IMG/VR virus record: IMGVR_UViG_3300017725_000001
Coordinates: 60,178 to 124,177 of that record
Reading direction: 5' to 3' (one strand)
DNA length: 64,000 bases
Source: a virus
Positions within the stretch are counted from its first letter, which is position 1. Each line of letters begins with the position of its first letter. Positions 58,788-64,000 of this stretch are shown here, piece by piece. The notes beneath the pieces were generated by a model. That model did not search any database. It was not told the origin of the DNA and saw only the letters and a list, made by a program, of their open reading frames with translations. A program made the translations under genes and the position numbers.

Positions 58788-59396
58788 ATGCTAATTAACG
58801 AAATATTAAAAGAAAGTGTTGACAATATAGCTGTTTTCTATGGTGGAAGGTTCCAACCTATGCACCAAGGACATCGTGATGTCTACAAACATCTAGTAAG
58901 TAAGTTTGGTGCCGATAACGTATTTATCGCTACTACTTTCAGTCAAAAAGCTCAAAAAGCCCATGCAGGCGGTAATTATGGAGAAGATCCTTTTACATTT
59001 GATGAAAAGTCTTCTATAATGAGTAAGATGTTTGGCATACCAGCAGACAAGATTGTTAAGACAAATCCATATAGACCAGACTTGTCAGCAGTAGGCAAAG
59101 ACCCTAGCAATACTGCTACTATTCTTGTATATGGACAAAAAGACGCGGCAAGGTTAGAAACTGGAAAAGGTTTCTTACACGACTTACCAAAAGATATGAA
59201 CGAATTAGTTCCTACTGCAAATGAACGAGGATATGTATATGTCGCTCCAATTATGCAAGGTGGAATGAGTGCAAGTGACTTTAGAAAAGTTATGGCAAGT
59301 GAAGTTGATAAACAAGAAAAAGTAAAAGCGTTCAATCAGTTCTTTGGAAAATTTGATGAGAACATATTTGCTTTTATTGAGGATAGACTAAAATAA
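58788..59396 (+). CDS. Cytidylyltransferase-like (HxGH) nucleotidyltransferase
   Basis: GGRFQPMHQGH, PFTFDEK, MSASDFR motifs. Confidence 0.75.
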   Translation: MLINEILKESVDNIAVFYGGRFQPMHQGHRDVYKHLVSKFGADNVFIATTFSQKAQKAHAGGNYGEDPFTFDEKSSIMSKMFGIPADKIVKTNPYRPDLSAVGKDPSNTATILVYGQKDAARLETGKGFLHDLPKDMNELVPTANERGYVYVAPIMQGGMSASDFRKVMASEVDKQEKVKAFNQFFGKFDENIFAFIEDRLK

Positions 59397-60016
59397 TGAC
59401 TGTTAAAAATAAAGTAAAATTAGTAATGAAACAAAAGGGTAAACCTTTTAGTATGAATTTTGGCATATTAAAACCATTAAACGAAATAGGTGGGGTTTTA
59501 TTTCCTTACACTCCTACTATTCAGTTTTCACATAATGCTAACTACGGAGCCTACGAAGTACAAGGATCTCAATACCAACAAAATTATTATATGAATACTG
59601 CTAACCCTACTATCAACGTTACTGCATTGTTTTCTTCAAACACTATAGAAGAAGCAAAATATACTGCGGCGGCAATACATTTTTTTAAATCTTGCACCAA
59701 AGGTGATTTTGGTGAACAACGATCAGAGACGGCTGGAACACCACCACCTATTTTAAAATTTAGTGCATATGGAATTGTTCATGCAAGTTATGTGCCAGTA
59801 ATAATGAGAAACTTTAACTACACACTAGTTGAAGACAGTGACTATGTTGATGTAGATATTGGAAATGATCAAAGTACTACAGTTCCAACATTATTATTAG
59901 CTTCAATAGATTTAGTTCCGCAACTTCCTCCAGCTAATATTAAAAAAGAATTTAATATTCAAACTTACTCAGGTGGACATCTTTTGAAAGGTGGAAATAA
60001 AGGAGGATTCATTTAA
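59396..60016 (+). CDS. Baseplate/tail tube-initiator-like protein
   Basis: GVLFPYTP, GTPPPILKFSAYG motifs; precedes the gp53-like gene. Confidence 0.6.
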   Translation: MTVKNKVKLVMKQKGKPFSMNFGILKPLNEIGGVLFPYTPTIQFSHNANYGAYEVQGSQYQQNYYMNTANPTINVTALFSSNTIEEAKYTAAAIHFFKSCTKGDFGEQRSETAGTPPPILKFSAYGIVHASYVPVIMRNFNYTLVEDSDYVDVDIGNDQSTTVPTLLLASIDLVPQLPPANIKKEFNIQTYSGGHLLKGGNKGGFI

Positions 60017-60300
60017 TGGCTACTTACTCATCAGATAGTTTATATAGAAATACAGAAGTAGTAGGTGAAAAATATTTAGATCATTTAAATATTGATTCTA
60101 TTGATATTGATAGCACTTCTACAAAAAGTATTAAACTAGAACTAAAACATCAAAATAAACCAGACTTGTTAGCACATGAATTATATGGCAATGCAAAGTT
60201 ATGGTGGGTGTTTTCGTTGTTTAATCAAGATAAACTAAAAGACCCTATTATAGATTTTAAAGAAGGTATCACAATAAAAGTTCCAGTAAGGTTCTCGTAA
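60016..60300 (+). CDS. Baseplate wedge protein (gp53-like, LysM-type)
   Basis: KPDLLAHELYGNAKLWWVF...N motif. Confidence 0.8.
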   Translation: MATYSSDSLYRNTEVVGEKYLDHLNIDSIDIDSTSTKSIKLELKHQNKPDLLAHELYGNAKLWWVFSLFNQDKLKDPIIDFKEGITIKVPVRFS

Positions 60301-62768
60301 TGGACTTAAATTATAAAAATTTTAATCCGCTTAACATCAGAAAAAGCGATGCTGATTGGTTAGGCAAGGTTGGCAATAACAAAGGCTTTGAAGTCTTTTC
60401 AAAACCCGAATATGGTTATAGAGCCGCGGCTAAAAATTTATACACATCAAATACAAAATATAATAATAAAAGTGTTAGAGATCTTATAACACGATGGGCA
60501 CCTCCAGGTGACGGGAACAATACACCAGCATATGTAGACAAAGTTGCTAAAGACCTTGGAGTTGATCCAGATGCTGATTTAGGTAATCTAGAATCAAATC
60601 CAGCTCTTACAAAAAAGTTACTAAAGTCAATGACAGAAGTGGAAGGTAGAAATAATAAGTTCACTGATCAAATGATTGACAGCGGTGTAGCAATGGCAAA
60701 CGGAAAAGATCCAAAAGACGTTGATTTTGCCAAGTTAGAAACCGATGGCGAAACACTTGTATACAAAGATAAAATTATTAAAGATGCAGAAGTAGCCAAA
60801 GCTGAAGATGCGGCACTGAAAAAGAAAGCATTAAAAGCTGGTGCTAGAGCAAAGCAAAAAAACTTATTTAACTTATCAACAGAAAACTGGTTAAGTACAG
60901 TTGATAGTCCTACATACAGATGGACTTTTTATATTACTAATAGTAAAATATTTAATGATCCAAGTTTATTAGAAGGATCAGATACAGCGGCTATTAACAA
61001 TAACAATGCAAAGATAATAGCACAGACAGGTGTTACTACTGAGTTTGCAATGGATAACTTTGCTATGATACAAAGAGTGGTACCAGGAATGGAACATGGT
61101 AATACTACTCCAGGTGTTATACAATTTGATCTTATGGAGCCATTGGGATTTACTTTCTTGGATAGAATTTTAAAAGTTGGAAAGTCTCTAGGAAATCCAT
61201 ATAGCTTACCATCACAACATTATGTATTAAAATTAGAATTCTTAGGCAGAGATTTTGAAACAGGTGGTAGTGTAAAATATCCTAATGCATTTTTCTATCC
61301 TATAAAAATAAATCAAGTAAGAAGTCAAACAGGACCAGAAGGAACTAGATACAATATTATTGCATTTAGTATGATTAAACAAGCACAGGTAGAATCAATT
61401 ACAACCGTTGATTTGCTTATACCTAAAGTAAATACAGTTCAAGCATTTGCTGAAGGTTTAGTGACAGCATTTAATAAAGCTGAACTTAATAAGTTACATC
61501 CTAATGAAGTTAAGAACGGAGTTAAACCGCCAAAAGAAATTGAAATTCTTTTTGATAAAACTAGTGACATATCTGGTATATTAGCTCAAGACACTAAATC
61601 AGGAGAACAAATTGGAGACTTTAGTTTAAAATTAAAAGCGTGGGGTTCAACAGCTAACGCAGACAAAGGCGCTGGTATGGCTAATGCTATGGACGATGCA
61701 GATGTGAGAGAAGCATCAATTAATGCATCAACTGCATTAGGTCCAGAAATTAAAAGACAAATTGAACGTAACTGTCCAGCCTGGGCCGCATACGTTAAAA
61801 AAGTTAATGAAGAAACAGGAATAACTCTTAGTATAATTGTTGACCTAGATATAAAATTTGGAATAAGAGATGAAAAAACAGGCCAACTTGAACATAAAAA
61901 AATTACATTTAAAATTGGTATATACACAGATAGCACTGGTGCAAGTATGAATAAAAAGAAAGATATAGAAAGATTACAGAACCAAGCATTTCAAAAACAA
62001 AGATTAAAAAACTTATCTATATGTAAATCGTATAGTTACTTGTATTCAGGAATGAATACCGAGGTACTAAACTATAGTCTTGACATAGAACAATTATATG
62101 TTACATCAAGAATTCCATTAGATGGAGTATATCATTCAGAAGGTAGACAACAATACACCAGTTCAAACCCAACTAAAGCTACCAAGTACTTAGAAGATAC
62201 TGATTACAATCCAATGACTGACTATATTGATTTAGTTCAATATGTAGACAAACCATTAGGTGTTGAAGAGCAACAAAAAAACGAAAACGATAATAGTGAT
62301 ACGTTATATGCTCAAAGGCTTGGAGCTATAGCAATGAGAAGTGCTGATGCGATTAACTTTAACATTGAAATAAAAGGAGATCCATTTTGGCAAGGTAATA
62401 CATTTAGAGCTCATGTACAAGGAACAGATAAATCACCATTGCCGTCAACAGATTCTCTAATGATAACATTATTAAATTATAATCCCAATCCAGACGATTT
62501 ACTAGAAAAACAAGTTAGAGGCCCAGTTGATTTAGTTTCAACTGGAGTATACAAGATAACTAGTATAGAAAGTAGATTTCAAAGTGGAAGGTTTACTCAA
62601 AATCTAATAGGATTTAAGGATCCACTAACTAATCCTGGATTAGTATTGAATCAATTAATACAAATAACAGATGGTAGTGCACCTGCACCAACAAGTGAAA
62701 ACAAATATGTAGGCACACCAATGAAAGAAAAAGCAGTAAACAGCACATTCTTTGATGGAGGAACATAA
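60300..62768 (+). CDS. Baseplate hub protein with N-terminal lysozyme-like domain
   Basis: NPLNIR..F...EYG.RA..ITRWAPP..NNT..Y N-terminus; IKGDPFW and GVYKI...F..G.FTQ.L hub motifs. Confidence 0.6.
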   Translation: MDLNYKNFNPLNIRKSDADWLGKVGNNKGFEVFSKPEYGYRAAAKNLYTSNTKYNNKSVRDLITRWAPPGDGNNTPAYVDKVAKDLGVDPDADLGNLESNPALTKKLLKSMTEVEGRNNKFTDQMIDSGVAMANGKDPKDVDFAKLETDGETLVYKDKIIKDAEVAKAEDAALKKKALKAGARAKQKNLFNLSTENWLSTVDSPTYRWTFYITNSKIFNDPSLLEGSDTAAINNNNAKIIAQTGVTTEFAMDNFAMIQRVVPGMEHGNTTPGVIQFDLMEPLGFTFLDRILKVGKSLGNPYSLPSQHYVLKLEFLGRDFETGGSVKYPNAFFYPIKINQVRSQTGPEGTRYNIIAFSMIKQAQVESITTVDLLIPKVNTVQAFAEGLVTAFNKAELNKLHPNEVKNGVKPPKEIEILFDKTSDISGILAQDTKSGEQIGDFSLKLKAWGSTANADKGAGMANAMDDADVREASINASTALGPEIKRQIERNCPAWAAYVKKVNEETGITLSIIVDLDIKFGIRDEKTGQLEHKKITFKIGIYTDSTGASMNKKKDIERLQNQAFQKQRLKNLSICKSYSYLYSGMNTEVLNYSLDIEQLYVTSRIPLDGVYHSEGRQQYTSSNPTKATKYLEDTDYNPMTDYIDLVQYVDKPLGVEEQQKNENDNSDTLYAQRLGAIAMRSADAINFNIEIKGDPFWQGNTFRAHVQGTDKSPLPSTDSLMITLLNYNPNPDDLLEKQVRGPVDLVSTGVYKITSIESRFQSGRFTQNLIGFKDPLTNPGLVLNQLIQITDGSAPAPTSENKYVGTPMKEKAVNSTFFDGGT

Positions 62769-62769
62769 T

Positions 62770-63966
62770 ATGAGTTATAAACATGATGGAGTTAAAGTTA
62801 GTAATGATGTAAAAGCAAATACTGCTCTTAACATTAATAATTTAAGTGGACTATACATAGGTGAAGTTACAGAAAACAGTGACTCGTTATATACTGGCAG
62901 GATTAAAGTTAGAATATCAGATTTTGGTTCCAAAGACACAGATAGAATTTGTTTACTATCAATACCCATGGGTGGGCATACACAAATTAAAGATAGTGGC
63001 GATGACGCAACCAAAGAAGCACAAGCTCCTGTAAGTTATGGATTTTGGCCACAGCCACCAGAAGTAGGAACAAATGTACTAGTTGCATATACAAGTAGTT
63101 TAGAACAAGGTATTGTAGTAGGAAGCCTTATAGCCAAAGATAGAAACTCTATGATGGGTGGAAATGCTAGTGGACAAATTTATGCTAACGGAGAAAAGAG
63201 TTTAGGTCCAGCAGTTGAAAAAAACCCATATGATCAAAATGATGCAGATACTAAACCAATGAATGAATGGTTTCAGGCAGTATTAAACGAACAAGGATTA
63301 AGTTTAGATTATACAAGAGGACATAGTCAGAGTAGTGCTAGAAGAGAAAGTCCAAGTAAAGTGTTTGGTATAACAACACGTGGTGGACATACTTTTACAA
63401 TGGACGATGGAGACGAAAAAGGTAATAGTAAAAATATTAGATTAAGAACACATGGTGGTGCTCAAGTATTACTTGAAGACACTAAAGGTTTTATTTTTGT
63501 TACAACACAGAATGGCGATGCTTGGATTGAAATGGATCAACAAGGTAGAGTTGATGTTTATAGCAAGGGTGGAGTAAGTGTTCACACAGAAGGCGACTAT
63601 AATGTTCATGCTAAAGGCAGTATTAATATGCAGGCAGAAATGGGTGTTAATATAAAAAGCACAGGTGGTGATGGTTTAAAATTAGAAACAAGTGTTGGAA
63701 GTATTGATATCTATAGTGCAGTTGATTTAAATATACAAAGTGACGTAAATTATAATTTAACTGTAGCAGGTAACCAAATTATTAAAGGTGCAAGAATAGA
63801 TATGAATGGACCAGAACCTACACCAGCTACAAAAACAACAATACAAAATCAAACTCAAAACCAAAATGTTAAAGTCAGTGTTGCAAGTAGAGTTCCAGAG
63901 AAGCATCCATGGTTGGGTGTTGATAACCAAGAAACATTTGTTACAGGTAAAGGAAATACAGCATAA
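62770..63966 (+). CDS. Baseplate spike protein (gp5/VgrG-like OB fold and beta-helix)
   Basis: GRIKVRI, PPEVGTNVLV, GHTFTMDD..IRLRT, beta-helix repeats, IDMNG. Confidence 0.8.
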   Translation: MSYKHDGVKVSNDVKANTALNINNLSGLYIGEVTENSDSLYTGRIKVRISDFGSKDTDRICLLSIPMGGHTQIKDSGDDATKEAQAPVSYGFWPQPPEVGTNVLVAYTSSLEQGIVVGSLIAKDRNSMMGGNASGQIYANGEKSLGPAVEKNPYDQNDADTKPMNEWFQAVLNEQGLSLDYTRGHSQSSARRESPSKVFGITTRGGHTFTMDDGDEKGNSKNIRLRTHGGAQVLLEDTKGFIFVTTQNGDAWIEMDQQGRVDVYSKGGVSVHTEGDYNVHAKGSINMQAEMGVNIKSTGGDGLKLETSVGSIDIYSAVDLNIQSDVNYNLTVAGNQIIKGARIDMNGPEPTPATKTTIQNQTQNQNVKVSVASRVPEKHPWLGVDNQETFVTGKGNTA

Positions 63967-64000
63967 TGCCTACTTTTAATTTTGGAAACGTTGTTAATGA
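63966..64000 (+). CDS. Start of next gene (partial)
   Basis: TAATG coupling; MPTFNFGNVVN runs off the window end. Confidence 0.5.
   Translation, partial: MPTFNFGNVVN

Noticed and set aside
1-64000. Stop-codon recoding (alternative genetic code)
   Set aside because: Core genes are intact in code 11, all three stops are used, and the tRNA is a standard Trp(CCA).

Overview
AT-rich 64 kb segment of a large T4-like myovirus genome. It is probably marine, and the host cannot be determined from this window. It carries most virion morphogenesis genes: gp4, tail tube, sheath, neck gp13/14/15, several tail fibres, MCP gp23, scaffold, protease gp21, portal gp20, tape-measure-like pair, and baseplate gp26/51/53/5-like. 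It also carries gp46/47, late sigma gp55, dNMP kinase and tRNA-Trp. An unusually rich set of tailoring enzymes is interleaved with the structural genes, several behind ATAAATAC late promoters: six 2OG-Fe(II) oxygenases, a flavin halogenase, two glycosyltransferases, SGNH and sulfotransferase-like proteins, and a PRMT-like methyltransferase. There are also an SbmA/BacA peptide transporter, RpiB and a PiT-like transporter. Non-coding highlights are a tandem glutamine (glnA-type) riboswitch ahead of a 50-aa basic peptide, an independently transcribed ~218-nt structured RNA (manA-like), and a ~600-nt promoter-driven hairpin-rich region downstream of a GIY-YIG gene. There are two candidate -1 frameshift sites and an unannotated 25-aa Cys/His/Asp/Trp micropeptide. 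All family calls come from motif recognition by eye; no database searches were run.
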